Below are positions 1-11,235 of a DNA stretch of 64,000 nucleotides, one piece after another. This stretch comes from Alphaproteobacteria bacterium (GTDB lineage: Bacteria > Pseudomonadota > Alphaproteobacteria > UBA2966). The DNA lies in NCBI GenBank assembly GCA_964291395.2, contig OZ219858.1, positions 832,001 to 896,000 of the forward strand, in the 5' to 3' direction. How positions within the stretch are numbered: position 1 is the stretch's first letter; every line of letters begins with the position of its first letter. The translations under genes and the position numbers were made by a program. A model generated the notes under the pieces. It was not told the origin of the DNA, ran no database searches, and worked only from the letters and a program-made list of their open reading frames with translations.

Positions 1-775
1 TGTAAGCCCGGCTGCCGGCGCACCGAAAATCGTAGAGAAGAGCGGGCTTTCCGTGAGACGGCGCTTCGGAGACCCGGACGTTCCTCGGAATCACCGTCTC
101 GTACACCTTGTCACCCAACACGCTGCGAACATCCGTCGCCACCTGATCCGACAGATTGTTCCGTCGATCGAACATGGTGAGGACGACGCCCTGGATTTCC
201 AGCCCCGGATTGAACCCGACCCGAACCCGCTCGATCGTTCGCATGAGCTGGCTCAACCCCTCGAGCGGGAAGAACTCGCATTGCAGCGGCACGAGTACGG
301 CGTCCGCCGCGACCAGGGCATTCAACGTCAGGAGCCCGAGAGAGGGGGGACAATCGATCAGAACGTAATCATAGCCGGCAACCGTTCCGCCGACGGCATC
401 CCGCAACCGGCGGCTGCGCCGCTCCGTATCCACGAGTTCCAATTCGGCTCCGGAGAGGTCGGCCGTCGACGGAACAATATCGAGTCCGGGGATATCGCTC
501 GCGACCGCTGCTTCCTTCACTGTCGCCGCACCCGCCAGGACGTCATAGCTGCTCAGGAGCCGATTCCCCCGGTCGATCCCGATCCCGGTGCTCGCATTGC
601 CCTGGGGGTCCAGGTCGATGATGAGCACTCGACGGCCCACCGCGGCAAGGGCGGTGGCCAAATTTATGACGGTCGTCGTCTTGCCGACGCCGCCCTTCTG
701 GTTTGCCACCGCGATGACCCTGCTCTCATTCGAGCGGCGCGCATGCTCCTCCTGCCTTTCAACCCCGGTTCCCAT
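1..775 (-). CDS. parA: ParA/Soj chromosome partitioning ATPase (3' end runs off the window; not in the ORF track)
   Basis: Manual translation from ATG 775: ...RVIAVANQKGGVGKTTTVINLATALAAVGRRVLIIDLDPQGNASTG (deviant Walker A); lies downstream of rsmG as in the usual gidA-gidB-parA order. Confidence 0.95.
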   Translation of the reverse strand, partial: MGTGVERQEEHARRSNESRVIAVANQKGGVGKTTTVINLATALAAVGRRVLIIDLDPQGNASTGIGIDRGNRLLSSYDVLAGAATVKEAAVASDIPGLDIVPSTADLSGAELELVDTERRSRRLRDAVGGTVAGYDYVLIDCPPSLGLLTLNALVAADAVLVPLQCEFFPLEGLSQLMRTIERVRVGFNPGLEIQGVVLTMFDRRNNLSDQVATDVRSVLGDKVYETVIPRNVRVSEAPSHGKPALLYDFRCAGSRAY

Positions 776-1409
776 CCGCCAATCCTCTGATCCGCAGGAT
801 CGCCGCGCGCGCCGCCGTACGGCTCGGCAACTCATCCACAGTGAGTTTGGTATATTTTGCGATTGTCGTCAATTCACGCCCAACATCTAGTCCTTTCGGG
901 AAAAGGCACACCGTTTCCGTACCGCATAGCGGTGCCACCATGGCCAGTAGCCTGTCCAGTGGTGCCAGGGCTCTCGCCGTAATTACCTGTGGCGGCGGAA
1001 AGGGCCGGTCCTCCTGGCGCGATTCGCCGATCTCCTCTATTCGAGACTCCACCACCTCGGCATCCGCTTCCAGCAGCCGAACGGCCTCCCGCAGAAAGAC
1101 GCACTTCCGCGCATCCTTCTCGACGAGAAAGACCTTGCCGCAGCCGAGAGCGGCCAGTACCAAGCCCGGAAATCCCGCGCCACTGCCCACATCGACCCAG
1201 ACACGCGCGCCCGCCGGGCCCAGATCCAACAGTTGGGCGGAGTCCAGCATATGGCGGCGCCAAACGTCCCCGAGCGATCGGGAGCCGACGAGGTTCATCC
1301 TTCGTTGCCACTTGGTCAGGAGTGCCACGTACGCCTCCAGGCGCCCCAATGTTTCACGTGAAACACCGGTGTCGCTCTGAAAGGCGTCGGCGGTGTACTT
1401 CCCGGCCAC
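759..1409 (-). CDS. rsmG: 16S rRNA m7G527 methyltransferase (GidB)
   Basis: C-terminal part of ORF 759..2489: RHMLDS, VDVGSGAGFPG, ITARALA, FPKG motifs; likely GTG start at 1409. Confidence 0.93.
   Translation of the reverse strand: MAGKYTADAFQSDTGVSRETLGRLEAYVALLTKWQRRMNLVGSRSLGDVWRRHMLDSAQLLDLGPAGARVWVDVGSGAGFPGLVLAALGCGKVFLVEKDARKCVFLREAVRLLEADAEVVESRIEEIGESRQEDRPFPPPQVITARALAPLDRLLAMVAPLCGTETVCLFPKGLDVGRELTTIAKYTKLTVDELPSRTAARAAILRIRGLADGNRG
1350..1365. promoter_or_regulatory. parS centromere site (perfect palindrome) inside rsmG
   Basis: TGTTTCACGTGAAACA, matches the established parS consensus. Confidence 0.93.
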
Positions 1410-1426
1410 GGTCCTGCACCGTCGAC

Positions 1427-3367
1427 TCAGGCGCTCTTCAGCGACTTCCGGCCGGCCGTCTCGCCGCGGCGAATATGAATGAGAAGCAGGTTCACCGCCG
1501 CCGGCGTGACGCCCGGCACCCGGGCGGCTGCGCCGAGCGTCGTCGGTTGAACGGCCGCCAACTTCTGGCGCTGCTCGTTCGACAGGCCGTCCACCCGGTG
1601 AAAGTCGAAGTCCAGGGGAATGCGCAGTGCCTCGTCGCGCCGGAAGGCTCGGATGTCCGCATCCTGTCGAGCCAAATATCCGCGGTAATGAGCCTCGCAT
1701 TCCAGTTGTTCGGAGACATCGGCCGACATCTCCCCGAGCTCGGGCCAGATGGGCACCAGGTCGCTGACCGTCATCCGGTAGCCTCCGAGCAGATCGAACG
1801 CGCTCCGCCGCGAACCATCCCGGTTCATCGCGATCCCATGCCGGCGGGCCTCGCCCGGAGCCAACGACAGCGTTTCCAACCGCACGCGGGCCGCCTCGAG
1901 CGCTTGCGATTTGGCCTCGAACGCCGCGGCCCTCTCGGCCCCGACGAACCCCCTCTCGATTCCCAACGGCGTCAACCGCCGGTCCGCGTTGTCGGCCCGC
2001 AGGGTCAGACGGTATTCCGCCCTTGAGGTGAACATCCGGTAGGGCTCGTCCACGCCACGGGTGATCAGGTCGTCGACCAACACGCCGATATAGCCGTCGG
2101 CGCGGTCGATCGTGACGGCGTCCGCGCCGGACACCCGGCAGGCCGCGTTCAGCCCGGCCATCAGTCCCTGAGCGGCGGCCTCCTCGTAGCCGGTGGTGCC
2201 GTTGATCTGGCCCGCGAGGAACAGACGTTTCACCTTTCGGGTCTCCAGGGCCGGAGAGAGTTCTCGCGGATCGACGAAATCGTACTCGATGGCATATCCG
2301 GGCCGCACCATCTCCGCTCTTTCGAGTCCCGGAACGGTTGCCAACAGCGCCAATTGCACGTCCCTCGGAAGGGAGGTGGAAATCCCGTTGGGATAGACCG
2401 TATCGTCGTCCAATCCCTCCGGCTCGAGGAAAATCTGATGCGACCGCCGATCGACGAAGCGCACGACCTTGTCTTCGATGGAGGGGCAATACCGGGGACC
2501 CACGCTCGCGATCTGACCCGAGTACATGGGAGATCTACCCAGATTGGCGCGGATCAGCTCATGGGAGGCCTCCGTCGTCGCGGTGATGTGACAACTCACC
2601 TGGGGCGTGGTTATCTCCCCGGTCAGATAGGAGAACGGCACCGGCGGCTCGTCGCCCGGCTGCATCTCCAGTCGGGCGTAGTCGATGCTCCTGCCGTCGA
2701 GGCGCGGCGGCGTGCCCGTCTTCAGGCGCCCCCGACGAAATCCCAACCGCTGAAGCGTATGAGCCAAACCCAGAGCCGGCGCCTCGCCGACGCGCCCCGC
2801 CGGCACCTGCTCCTCGCCTACATGAATCAAGCCCCGCAGGAACGTCCCGGTCGTCAGGACCACCGCTCCCGTCCGAATCCGCCGTCCGTCGGCGAGGACG
2901 ACCCATCGCGCTTCGGAGGCCCGACCTTGGCCCTGGCCGACGATTCCGAGGTCCTCGACCGATGCCTCGGCGACGGTCAGGTTTTCGACCCTGCTCAACG
3001 CCAGCTGCATCGCCTGCCGATAGAGGGCCCGGTCCGCCTGGGCTCTAGGGCCCCGAACCGCCGGACCTTTCCGCCGGTTCAGGAGACGGAATTGTATTCC
3101 GGCGGCGTCCGCCACCCGGCCCATGAGTCCGTCCAGCGCGTCGATTTCCCGGACGAGGTGTCCTTTTCCGAGACCGCCGATCGCCGGATTGCACGACATC
3201 TCGCCGATGGTGCGCACCTCGTGGGTCACGAGCAGGGTCTCCGCGCCCATGCGCGCGGCCGCAGCCGCGGCCTCGCACCCGGCGTGGCCACCGCCGATCA
3301 CGACGACATCGAAGCCGACGCCGTCAGACAGTCGCGCGGCTTCGATCATCTCGGCCGCGTGGGACAC
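1427..3367 (-). CDS. mnmG: tRNA uridine-5-carboxymethylaminomethyl modification enzyme GidA
   Basis: [46 protein letters not shown]. Confidence 0.98.
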   Translation of the reverse strand: MSHAAEMIEAARLSDGVGFDVVVIGGGHAGCEAAAAAARMGAETLLVTHEVRTIGEMSCNPAIGGLGKGHLVREIDALDGLMGRVADAAGIQFRLLNRRKGPAVRGPRAQADRALYRQAMQLALSRVENLTVAEASVEDLGIVGQGQGRASEARWVVLADGRRIRTGAVVLTTGTFLRGLIHVGEEQVPAGRVGEAPALGLAHTLQRLGFRRGRLKTGTPPRLDGRSIDYARLEMQPGDEPPVPFSYLTGEITTPQVSCHITATTEASHELIRANLGRSPMYSGQIASVGPRYCPSIEDKVVRFVDRRSHQIFLEPEGLDDDTVYPNGISTSLPRDVQLALLATVPGLERAEMVRPGYAIEYDFVDPRELSPALETRKVKRLFLAGQINGTTGYEEAAAQGLMAGLNAACRVSGADAVTIDRADGYIGVLVDDLITRGVDEPYRMFTSRAEYRLTLRADNADRRLTPLGIERGFVGAERAAAFEAKSQALEAARVRLETLSLAPGEARRHGIAMNRDGSRRSAFDLLGGYRMTVSDLVPIWPELGEMSADVSEQLECEAHYRGYLARQDADIRAFRRDEALRIPLDFDFHRVDGLSNEQRQKLAAVQPTTLGAAARVPGVTPAAVNLLLIHIRRGETAGRKSLKSA

Positions 3368-3372
3368 GGTTA

Positions 3373-3388
3373 CGTTTCACGTGAAACA
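3373..3388. promoter_or_regulatory. second parS site, between mnmE and mnmG
   Basis: CGTTTCACGTGAAACA, 15/16 match to the parS palindrome. Confidence 0.9.
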
Positions 3389-3418
3389 CTCCCTCGCTTC
3401 GTGTCGAACCCCAACCGA

Positions 3419-4765
3419 TCATTTCCCGATGCAGAAATCCCGAAACACGACATCCAAAAGTTCCTCGACGCCGATCTTCCCGGTGACCCGACCGAGCGTC
3501 CGCGCCGCGAGTCTCAGGTCCTCCGCCACGAGCTCAAGACGGGCGTTCGTCATTTCGCCGTTTTCCGACCCAGCCATGAACCTCCGCAGACACGCCGCGG
3601 TTTCCTCGATCGACGATCGATGGCGCTCCCGCGTGATGACCGGTGACTCGCCGCGGCCCATGCGCCGCTCGACCCTCTTTTCGAGCGCATCCAGAAAACT
3701 GTCAAGCCCCGTGCCGGCGGTCACGGACATGGGCCACACTTGGCGGTCCTCGACACGGGTTCCCGGCGCGACCTCATGCAGGTCGATCTTGTTGACGACG
3801 ACCATGGCGTCTTCGTCCAGCAGGGACCTGATCCGCGAGTCCGGCTTGATGGCCGGCGACGCTTCCACCATGACGATCCTGAGATCTGCCATCTCCGCCC
3901 GCGCCAACGCGCGCCGAATCCCTTCGCTCTCGATCTCGTCGCGGCCTTCCCGCAGGCCCGCCGTGTCCGCGACGATTACCGGAAGGCCTCCGAGGTCGAG
4001 GCGCACCTCCACCACATCCCGCGTAGTTCCAGCACGTTCCGATACGATTGCCGCGTCCCGCCGCGCCAAGGCATTCAGCAAGCTCGACTTGCCCACGTTG
4101 GGAGCGCCGGCGATGACGACGTAGAGCCCGTCGCGCAGGCGTTCGCCTCGCCGCCCATCCTCGAGGTGCGCGGTCAGTTCGCCAAGCAACTCGCCCAAGT
4201 CCTGACGGATAGAGGAGATCAAATCCTCGGGCAATTCTTCGTCCGGAAAATCGATGACAGCCTCCAAGTGCGCCAAAGCATCCCGCAAACGGACTCGCCA
4301 CGAGTCGTAAACGACACTGAGCCGCCCCTCGAGTTGACCCACGGCCTGCCGACGCTGCTCTTCCGTCTCGGCGTCGACGAGGTCGGCCACCGCTTCGGCC
4401 TGAACGAGATCCAGTTTGCCGTTGAGGAACGCGCGACGCGTGAACTCTCCCGGCTCCGCGATGCGGACGCCCTGCCGGGCACACAACGCGCTCAGCACGA
4501 CGGACACCACTGCCGCGCCGCCGTGGACATGCAACTCAGCGACATCTTCCCCGGTATAGCTGGCCGGCGCCGGAAACCACAGGATCAAGCCATCATCGAG
4601 CACCTGTCCGCTCCGCGGATCCCGCAGCGCCGCACGAGCCGCCACGCGAGGCGCCGGTATCACGCCGGCCATCTGTTCCAACAGGCTTCCGGCGGCCGGT
4701 CCGGAGATTCGAATGACGGCGACCCCCGCCCGGCCGCGACCACTCGCGAGCGCGACAATCGTCAT
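3419..4765 (-). CDS. mnmE: tRNA modification GTPase TrmE
   Basis: MTIVALASG start (ATG 4765), GAPNVGKSS, GTTRD, DTAG, C-terminal FCIGK. Confidence 0.97.
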   Translation of the reverse strand: MTIVALASGRGRAGVAVIRISGPAAGSLLEQMAGVIPAPRVAARAALRDPRSGQVLDDGLILWFPAPASYTGEDVAELHVHGGAAVVSVVLSALCARQGVRIAEPGEFTRRAFLNGKLDLVQAEAVADLVDAETEEQRRQAVGQLEGRLSVVYDSWRVRLRDALAHLEAVIDFPDEELPEDLISSIRQDLGELLGELTAHLEDGRRGERLRDGLYVVIAGAPNVGKSSLLNALARRDAAIVSERAGTTRDVVEVRLDLGGLPVIVADTAGLREGRDEIESEGIRRALARAEMADLRIVMVEASPAIKPDSRIRSLLDEDAMVVVNKIDLHEVAPGTRVEDRQVWPMSVTAGTGLDSFLDALEKRVERRMGRGESPVITRERHRSSIEETAACLRRFMAGSENGEMTNARLELVAEDLRLAARTLGRVTGKIGVEELLDVVFRDFCIGK

Positions 4766-4883
4766 GGCAGGAAGGTGGCAGGCAACCCCCATTCGCACAA
4801 GCGGACCAATTCCCATTCCGCGTTTCTCAAGCTACATTCGCGGGTCGACGCCAGCACACCCATTGACTGGATGGCCTCTTTTT

Positions 4884-4930
4884 ACACAATATTTAGTATA
4901 AAAATTATTCATATATACTATATATTGTAG
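4884..4930. promoter_or_regulatory. tandem NrdR-box-like operators in the divergent mnmE/pyrE promoter region
   Basis: ACACAATATTTAGTAT (4884-4899) and ATACTATATATTGTAG (4915-4930), 31 bp apart, compared with the NrdR consensus acaCwAtATaTwGtgt; -35-like TTGACT at 4863-4868. Confidence 0.7.
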
Positions 4931-4944
4931 TCAACACTGGAGAC

Positions 4945-5538
4945 GTGATGCCGATACCGGATACCCGGCAATCCACCCCGCCCATCGCGCAATCACGCGA
5001 CCGCCTGATCCAGATCGTGTCCGAAAGATCACTGCTCCGGGACACGAACGTCAAACTCGCCTCCGGGGCCAGCAGCGCGTTCTATTTCGACATGAAACGC
5101 ACCGCCTTCCACCCGGAGGGCGCGAACCTGATGGCCCAGCTCATCCTCCATGAGCTCGCGGACGTCGACGTCGATTACGTAGGCGGCCTCGAGATGGGCG
5201 CCGTACCGCTCGTCGCCAGCGTGATCCAGCAGAGTTTTCCCCACCGCCCGCTCGGCGGATTTTTCGTCCGCAAGCAACCGAAGGACCATGGCACGCGCCG
5301 CCTCATCGAGGGACTGGGTCGGGAGGACTCCCTCGCCGGCAAGACAGTTGTGTTGCTCGAAGACGTCACGACCACCGGGAGCTCGGTGCTCAATGCGGTG
5401 TCTGCCGTGCGCGCCGAAAGCGCGTCCGTGCCTTCGGTCGTCACCGTCCTCGATCGCCTAGAAGGAGCCTCGGACAATCTGAAGAGAGAAAACGTCGCCC
5501 TGCGAGCCGTCCTGACGTCCCGGGATTTCGAGCTGTAG
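4945..5538 (+). CDS. pyrE: orotate phosphoribosyltransferase
   Basis: KLASG..S.FY, GGLEMGAVP, RKQPKDHG, PRPP-binding loop VLLEDVTTTGSS. Confidence 0.92.
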   Translation: MMPIPDTRQSTPPIAQSRDRLIQIVSERSLLRDTNVKLASGASSAFYFDMKRTAFHPEGANLMAQLILHELADVDVDYVGGLEMGAVPLVASVIQQSFPHRPLGGFFVRKQPKDHGTRRLIEGLGREDSLAGKTVVLLEDVTTTGSSVLNAVSAVRAESASVPSVVTVLDRLEGASDNLKRENVALRAVLTSRDFEL

Positions 5539-5583
5539 AGCGGTTCCGGCAATACCGGAACCGCTCAAGAATTCCTCACCGCT
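5536..5583 (+). repeat. TAG-anchored short repeat, copy 1 (12-bp perfect hairpin; fills the pyrE/ferredoxin gap, possible terminator)
   Basis: GAGCGGTTCCGG-CAATA-CCGGAACCGCTC at 5538-5566; homologous to 60385-60435 and 62539-62587. Confidence 0.75.
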
Positions 5584-5947
5584 ACCCTTCCGGCTTTCCA
5601 CGCTCCAACTGACCCGGCCGCAGTTGGAGTCGTTCGACGCGCCCCCCTTCGATCAGATGGGTCCGCAACACCTCATCGATCTCTTCTTCGCTCGTACAGC
5701 TGTACCAGACGCCCTCTGGATAAATAACCATGGTCGGGCCCAACTCGCATCGGTCGAGACAACCCGAATTATTGATGCGCACGCGCTTGATACCGAGCTC
5801 CTTCGCCCGATCCTTCATGTAGTTGCGCAACTCCTGAGCACCCTTCGCCTTGCAACACCCTCGCGGATGATCCTCTGCCCGCTCGTTGACGCAACAGAAC
5901 ACGTGACGCTGATAAAACAGGGGTGGATCGCCATTCACATCGTTCAT
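5582..5947 (-). CDS. thioredoxin-like (2Fe-2S) ferredoxin
   Basis: HVFCCVNER...GCC, SGCLDRCELGPTMVIYPEGVWY. Confidence 0.9.
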   Translation of the reverse strand: MNDVNGDPPLFYQRHVFCCVNERAEDHPRGCCKAKGAQELRNYMKDRAKELGIKRVRINNSGCLDRCELGPTMVIYPEGVWYSCTSEEEIDEVLRTHLIEGGRVERLQLRPGQLERGKPEG

Positions 5948-6198
5948 CCGGTTCCGAACCTCGTCCTCACTACCGCCCTCGCGGGCCGTCGCAGATTATG
6001 AGCCCGCACCGCATTGCGCCAGCCAGAAACACCATACCGCCACTGGCGCGCGGACGATATCGCCGTGTATCCTGTGTCGCGGATACGCGGGCTTACCACG
6101 GGACCCGGAAAAGTAGGTCAGCCACGACTCGAGCGCAATGCGTCCCCTTCTCTTGAGCCGTCTCCTCCCACCGCCATAAACCTCATAAGGGAACGCGC

Positions 6199-8247
6199 AT
6201 GCGCAACGCCCTCCACGCCGCTGCCAGCCCCTACCTCATCCAGCACAAGGACAATCCCGTGCACTGGCAGGTATGGGGACCTGAAGCTTTCGAAGAAGCG
6301 GCTCGGCACGACAAACCCATCCTCCTCAGCGTTGGGTATGCAGCGTGCCACTGGTGCCATGTCATGGCCCACGAAAGCTTCGAGAACGGCGACATCGCGG
6401 CACTCATGAACGAGTTATTCGTCAACATCAAGGTCGACCGGGAGGAACGCCCCGACGTCGACGCCATCTACCAGCAAACGTTGCAGCTTCTGGGCCAACA
6501 CGGCGGCTGGCCCCTGACCATGTTCCTCACGCCGCAGGGCGAGCCCTTCTGGGGTGGCACCTACTTTCCACCGGACTCCCGGTACGGACGGCCGGGATTT
6601 CCGGACGTCCTGCGGCAAATGCATGCGATCTACAAGAATCAGCGCGACAAGGTCACGGAGAACTCCGAGGCCATCAAGGCCGCCCTCGAAAAACTCTCCC
6701 AACCACCCGATGTCGATGGCCCCATTCAGTTGTCCACAGCGGTTCTCGACCAGGCCGCCACCCAATTCCTCCGCGCCCTCGATCCCGTCAACGGCGGCCT
6801 TGTCGGTGCCCCGAAATTTCCCCAGCCATCGATCTTCGATTTTCTTTGGCGAGCGCACATGCGCGGCGGCGAGAAGATCTTCGGACACTCCGTCTCGCTG
6901 ACCCTCGACCGCATGTGCCAGGGTGGCATCTACGATCACCTCGGCGGGGGATTCGCCCGCTATTCGACGGACGAGGTGTGGTTGGTGCCGCACTTCGAGA
7001 AGATGCTCTACGACAACGCGCAGTTGGTCGAGCTGATGACGCACGTCTGGCGCAAGACGGGCAACCCGCTCTACGCCGGCCGTATCCGTGAAACCGTCGA
7101 TTGGACGCTGCGTGAGATGCTGGCGGCTGGCGATGCGTTTGCCGCCTCACAGGACGCTGACTCGGAGGGCGAGGAAGGGCGGTACTACGTCTGGACCGAG
7201 CAGGAAATCGACTCGCTCCTCGACGATCCGTCCCTGTTCAAGAACATCTACGACGTCTCACCAGACGGCAATTGGGAAGGGCACAACATCCTCAACCGCT
7301 CTGCCCATCCCGACCCTCTCGACGACACGGCCGAGGCAAGCTTGGCGCGAGCGCGCAAAATCCTGTTCGACGTACGCGACAAGAGGATCAAGCCCGGATG
7401 GGATGACAAAGTCCTGGCCGACTGGAACGGCTTGATGATCTCGGCGCTCGCCGGCGCCGGCGGCGCACTCCGCGTGCCGGAATGGATCGCGGCGGCGGAA
7501 CGCGCCTTCGCCTTCGTCAACGACAACATGAGCGCAGATGACCGGCTCTTTCATTGCTTCCGCGCCGGTCGCGTGACCAAAGCAGGGTTCCTGGACGACT
7601 ACGCCAACATGTCGAAGGGCGCCCTTGCGTTGTTCGAGGTCACCGGCAACCCCCTCTACATAGAGCGCGCCCGCGCGTGGGCAGATACGGTCGAGACCTA
7701 CTATCTGGATACCAACAACGGCGGTTACTTCTTCACAGCCGACGATGCCGAAGCCCTGATCACCCGACCGCGAAACGCTGCCGACAATGCGACGCCAGCA
7801 GGAAACGGCGTCATGGCGAACGTTCTGGCCCGCCTTTATCACCTCACGGGAGATGACACGTATCGGCGGCGCGCCGAAGCCATCTGTCTGGCCTTCTCGG
7901 GAGAAATTCAACGGAATTTCATGGGCATCACGTCGCTGCTCAGCGGTTTCGAACTCCTGACGGCGGCCGTTCAGGTCTCTGTGATCGGAGAGCGCAAGAA
8001 CGACGAGACCCAAGCTCTAACCCAAACGTACTTCGAAAGTCCCGTGCCGACCGGTGTGCTGCAGGTGGTCGAACCAAGTGCCGACCTCCCGGAGAGTCAT
8101 CCGGCGTCCGGCAAAAGCCAGATCGACGGAAAAGCCACCGCCTATGTCTGTGTGGGAACTTCTTGCTCCCTGCCCATCACGGATCCCGTAAGCCTGCGCG
8201 CCGCCCTGGCCGATCCCGTCGGGGCATCGACCGCGGCGGCATCTTAG
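6199..8247 (+). CDS. thioredoxin-domain / six-hairpin protein (YyaL/DUF255/SSP411 family)
   Basis: [49 protein letters not shown]. Confidence 0.93.
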   Translation: MRNALHAAASPYLIQHKDNPVHWQVWGPEAFEEAARHDKPILLSVGYAACHWCHVMAHESFENGDIAALMNELFVNIKVDREERPDVDAIYQQTLQLLGQHGGWPLTMFLTPQGEPFWGGTYFPPDSRYGRPGFPDVLRQMHAIYKNQRDKVTENSEAIKAALEKLSQPPDVDGPIQLSTAVLDQAATQFLRALDPVNGGLVGAPKFPQPSIFDFLWRAHMRGGEKIFGHSVSLTLDRMCQGGIYDHLGGGFARYSTDEVWLVPHFEKMLYDNAQLVELMTHVWRKTGNPLYAGRIRETVDWTLREMLAAGDAFAASQDADSEGEEGRYYVWTEQEIDSLLDDPSLFKNIYDVSPDGNWEGHNILNRSAHPDPLDDTAEASLARARKILFDVRDKRIKPGWDDKVLADWNGLMISALAGAGGALRVPEWIAAAERAFAFVNDNMSADDRLFHCFRAGRVTKAGFLDDYANMSKGALALFEVTGNPLYIERARAWADTVETYYLDTNNGGYFFTADDAEALITRPRNAADNATPAGNGVMANVLARLYHLTGDDTYRRRAEAICLAFSGEIQRNFMGITSLLSGFELLTAAVQVSVIGERKNDETQALTQTYFESPVPTGVLQVVEPSADLPESHPASGKSQIDGKATAYVCVGTSCSLPITDPVSLRAALADPVGASTAAAS

Positions 8248-8324
8248 GACAAACTCCCGGCCGAACCAGTCAGGACGCCACTCTCGGCGAAGCCCGCAAC
8301 CTCCCAGCGAACAGGAAGGAACCC

Positions 8325-9299
8325 ATGGTCAAAGCGATTCGGATCAAGAAGACCGGTGGACCGGCGGTCATGAAATGGCAGGATATAGATCTCCCCGCCC
8401 CGGAGCGCGGAGAAGTCCAGATCAAGCACACTTACGTGGGGCTCAACTACATCGACTGCTATTTCCGCTCCGGCCTATACCCCTTGGATGGCTTCCCGGC
8501 AACCATCGGCATGGAAGGTGCCGGTGTCGTCGAAGCCGTCGGTCCCGGGGTCAGGAAGTTCGAAGAGGGCAATCGGGTCGCCTATGCGCCGACGCTGGGC
8601 GCCTATGCCCAGAAACGCAATATCCCGGCCGACAAGATTGTCAAGGTCCCCGGACAGGTCTCCGACAAAGAGGCGGCCGCGGTGATGTTGAAAGGGACGA
8701 CTACGGAGTACCTCATCCGCCGCACATACCGCGTGAAACGGGGCGATACCGTTCTCTTCCATGCGGCCGCGGGCGGGGTCGGTCTCATCGCCTGCCAGTG
8801 GTTGAAGCATTTGGGAGCGACGGTGATCGGCACCGTGGGTTCGGACGCCAAGGCGCGCCTCGCCAAGCGTCACGGCTGCGACCATCCGATCAATTACAAC
8901 AAGGAAGACTTCAAAGAGGCGGTGATGGACATCACCAACGGGGAGGGCGTCCCCGTCGTTTACGATTCGGTAGGTAAATCGACCTTCAGTGCGTCCCTTG
9001 ACTGCCTTCGCCCACGCGGCATCATGGTGCTGTTCGGGCAATCTTCCGGACCCGTACCGACGTTCAACCTGGCGGAGCTCGGCGCCAAGGGATCGCTCTA
9101 CGTCACCCGCCCGTCCTTGATGGTCTACAACGCGTCGCGGCGCGAATACGAAGCGAGTGCCAAAGCACTCTTCGACGTGGTCGGATCGGGTGCCGTCAAA
9201 ATCAAGGTCAACCAGACCTACCGCCTCAAGGATGCCGTCCGCGCGCACAAGGATCTGGAGGGACGCAAGACGACCGGCTCCACGGTATTTCGGGTCTAG
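8325..9299 (+). CDS. qor: NADPH:quinone oxidoreductase (MDR family)
   Basis: ATG 8325 after AGGAAGGA; [32 protein letters not shown]. Confidence 0.9.
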   Translation: MVKAIRIKKTGGPAVMKWQDIDLPAPERGEVQIKHTYVGLNYIDCYFRSGLYPLDGFPATIGMEGAGVVEAVGPGVRKFEEGNRVAYAPTLGAYAQKRNIPADKIVKVPGQVSDKEAAAVMLKGTTTEYLIRRTYRVKRGDTVLFHAAAGGVGLIACQWLKHLGATVIGTVGSDAKARLAKRHGCDHPINYNKEDFKEAVMDITNGEGVPVVYDSVGKSTFSASLDCLRPRGIMVLFGQSSGPVPTFNLAELGAKGSLYVTRPSLMVYNASRREYEASAKALFDVVGSGAVKIKVNQTYRLKDAVRAHKDLEGRKTTGSTVFRV

Positions 9300-10552
9300 G
9301 TATTCATCGAGTCGAAGAAGTCCGAATTGTTCTTCGTCGACTTGAGCTTCTCAAGCAGGAATTCCATGGCATCCGTAACGCCCATCGGCATCAGGATGCG
9401 CCGCAGCACCCACATCTTCGAGAGCGTCGCCTTGTCGACGAGCAGTTCTTCCTTGCGGGTGCCGGACTTCGTGATGTCCATCGCCGGCCACGTCCGCTTA
9501 TCGGAGAGCTTACGGTCGAGGAGGATCTCGGAGTTGCCCGTTCCCTTGAACTCCTCGAAGATGACCTCGTCCATTCGGCTCCCCGTATCGACCAGCGCGG
9601 TGGCGATGATGGTCAGAGAACCGCCCTGCTCGATGTTGCGGGCCGCGCCGAAGAACCGCTTCGGCCGCTGCAGGGCGTTGGCATCCACGCCGCCCGTCAA
9701 CACCTTGCCCGACGAGGGAACGACTGTGTTGTAGGCACGAGCCAGTCGGGTGATCGAGTCCAGCAGGATCACCACGTCCCGCTTGTGCTCTACCAAACGC
9801 TTGGCCTTGGCGATCACCATCTCCGTGACCTGCACATGCCGGGACGCCGGCTCGTCGAAGGTCGAACTGATGACCTCGCCGTCGACCGACCGCTGCATAT
9901 CCGTCACCTCCTCGGGCCGCTCGTCGATAAGAAGAACGATAAGATAGACCTCCGGATGGTTGGCCGTGACCGAGTGCGCGATGTTCTGCAGCATCATCGT
10001 CTTGCCCGTCCGGGGCGGTGCCACGATGAGTGCCCGCTGTCCCTTTCCCAACGGCGTGATCAGATCGATCACTCGTGAACTCAGATCCTGACCCGTGGGG
10101 TCGTCGATCTCCAGATTGAGCTTTTCTTCCGGATAGAGCGGCGTGAGATTGTCGAAATTGACTTTGTGCCGACTCTTCTCCGGAGCCTCGAAGTTGACTT
10201 CGTTAACCTTCAGCAGAGCGAAATAGCGCTCGCCGTCCTTCGGAGCTCTGATGGGCCCCGTCACCGTGTCTCCCGTCCGAAGGGCAAACCGCCGGATCTG
10301 GCTGGGTGAGACATAGATATCGTCAGGGCCAGGAAGATAATTGGCTTCAGGCGATCTCAAGAACCCAAAACCGTCTTGCAGGATCTCGAGCACTCCGCCG
10401 CCGGAAATCTCTTCGTTCTTGTCCGCAAGCTGCTTAAGGATCGCGAACATCATGTCCTGCGTCCGCATCGCGCTCGCGTTTTCGACTTCGAGCTCTTCCG
10501 CGAACGCAAGCAGATCGGTGGGCGACTTCTTTTTCAGCTCCTGGAGATGCAT
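9296..10552 (-). CDS. rho: transcription termination factor Rho
   Basis: [44 protein letters not shown]; stop overlaps the qor stop in CTAG. Confidence 0.99.
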   Translation of the reverse strand: MHLQELKKKSPTDLLAFAEELEVENASAMRTQDMMFAILKQLADKNEEISGGGVLEILQDGFGFLRSPEANYLPGPDDIYVSPSQIRRFALRTGDTVTGPIRAPKDGERYFALLKVNEVNFEAPEKSRHKVNFDNLTPLYPEEKLNLEIDDPTGQDLSSRVIDLITPLGKGQRALIVAPPRTGKTMMLQNIAHSVTANHPEVYLIVLLIDERPEEVTDMQRSVDGEVISSTFDEPASRHVQVTEMVIAKAKRLVEHKRDVVILLDSITRLARAYNTVVPSSGKVLTGGVDANALQRPKRFFGAARNIEQGGSLTIIATALVDTGSRMDEVIFEEFKGTGNSEILLDRKLSDKRTWPAMDITKSGTRKEELLVDKATLSKMWVLRRILMPMGVTDAMEFLLEKLKSTKNNSDFFDSMNT

Positions 10553-10773
10553 AGCCAGCCTACTTGGACTCGATAATCGGTGAATAAAGCTTCAGGTTCG
10601 ATGACAGGATACGCGCCAGTCGACGCGAAGACGGGGCGAAACCTGCTGCTGTCGTGAGAGACTCGGGGCGGGAGCGGACTTCCTAAACATCCCGCTGAAG
10701 ATCAGCCTCGATAGGGTTACTCAAACAGATATGGAAGTCAAACGAAGATTTTGCAAGGTTAGTCCTTAAAACT

Positions 10774-11220
10774 TCATGTCGGTTTGACGACGACAACTAT
10801 GACAATCGCGACCAGAAGTACTGTCGGCACCTCGTTCATCGCGCGGTAAAAGTTCCGTGAGTGACGGTTCGCATCATTGGCGAAATGTCTCCGCCACCTG
10901 GCAAAGAACCCATGAATGGCCGCCATGGCAAAGACCAATGCGGTCTTCAACCAGGGCCAAGTATCGGACCAATCGACAACTCCCGGGGTCACGACGAGCA
11001 GGATGCCGAACAAGAAAGCGGCGAACATCGCCGGGTTTATGATGCCCCGCAGCAACCTCCGCTCCATCACCTTGAAGGTCTCGGACTGCACCGAGCCCGG
11101 TTCCGCATCACAGTGATAGACGTAAAGGCGCGGCAGGTAGAGCGTGCCCGCCATCCACGCGATCACCGAAATAATGTGGAGGGCCTTGATCCACAAGTAA
11201 GCATCTACGAGCCAAGTCAC
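10774..11220 (-). CDS. hemJ: protoporphyrinogen oxidase HemJ
   Basis: KALHIISVIAWMAGTLYLPRLYVYH, MERRL, NEVPT. Confidence 0.95.
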   Translation of the reverse strand: MTWLVDAYLWIKALHIISVIAWMAGTLYLPRLYVYHCDAEPGSVQSETFKVMERRLLRGIINPAMFAAFLFGILLVVTPGVVDWSDTWPWLKTALVFAMAAIHGFFARWRRHFANDANRHSRNFYRAMNEVPTVLLVAIVIVVVVKPT

Positions 11221-11235
11221 GCGCCGACCCTCCTG

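Noticed and set aside
1410-2489. Apparent long N-terminal extension of RsmG
   Set aside because: An alternative frame of mnmG running into rsmG; RsmG similarity begins near 1409.
4877-4935. AT-rich island as a second origin or DNA unwinding element
   Set aside because: No flanking DnaA boxes seen; better explained by paired NrdR-like operators and promoter elements.
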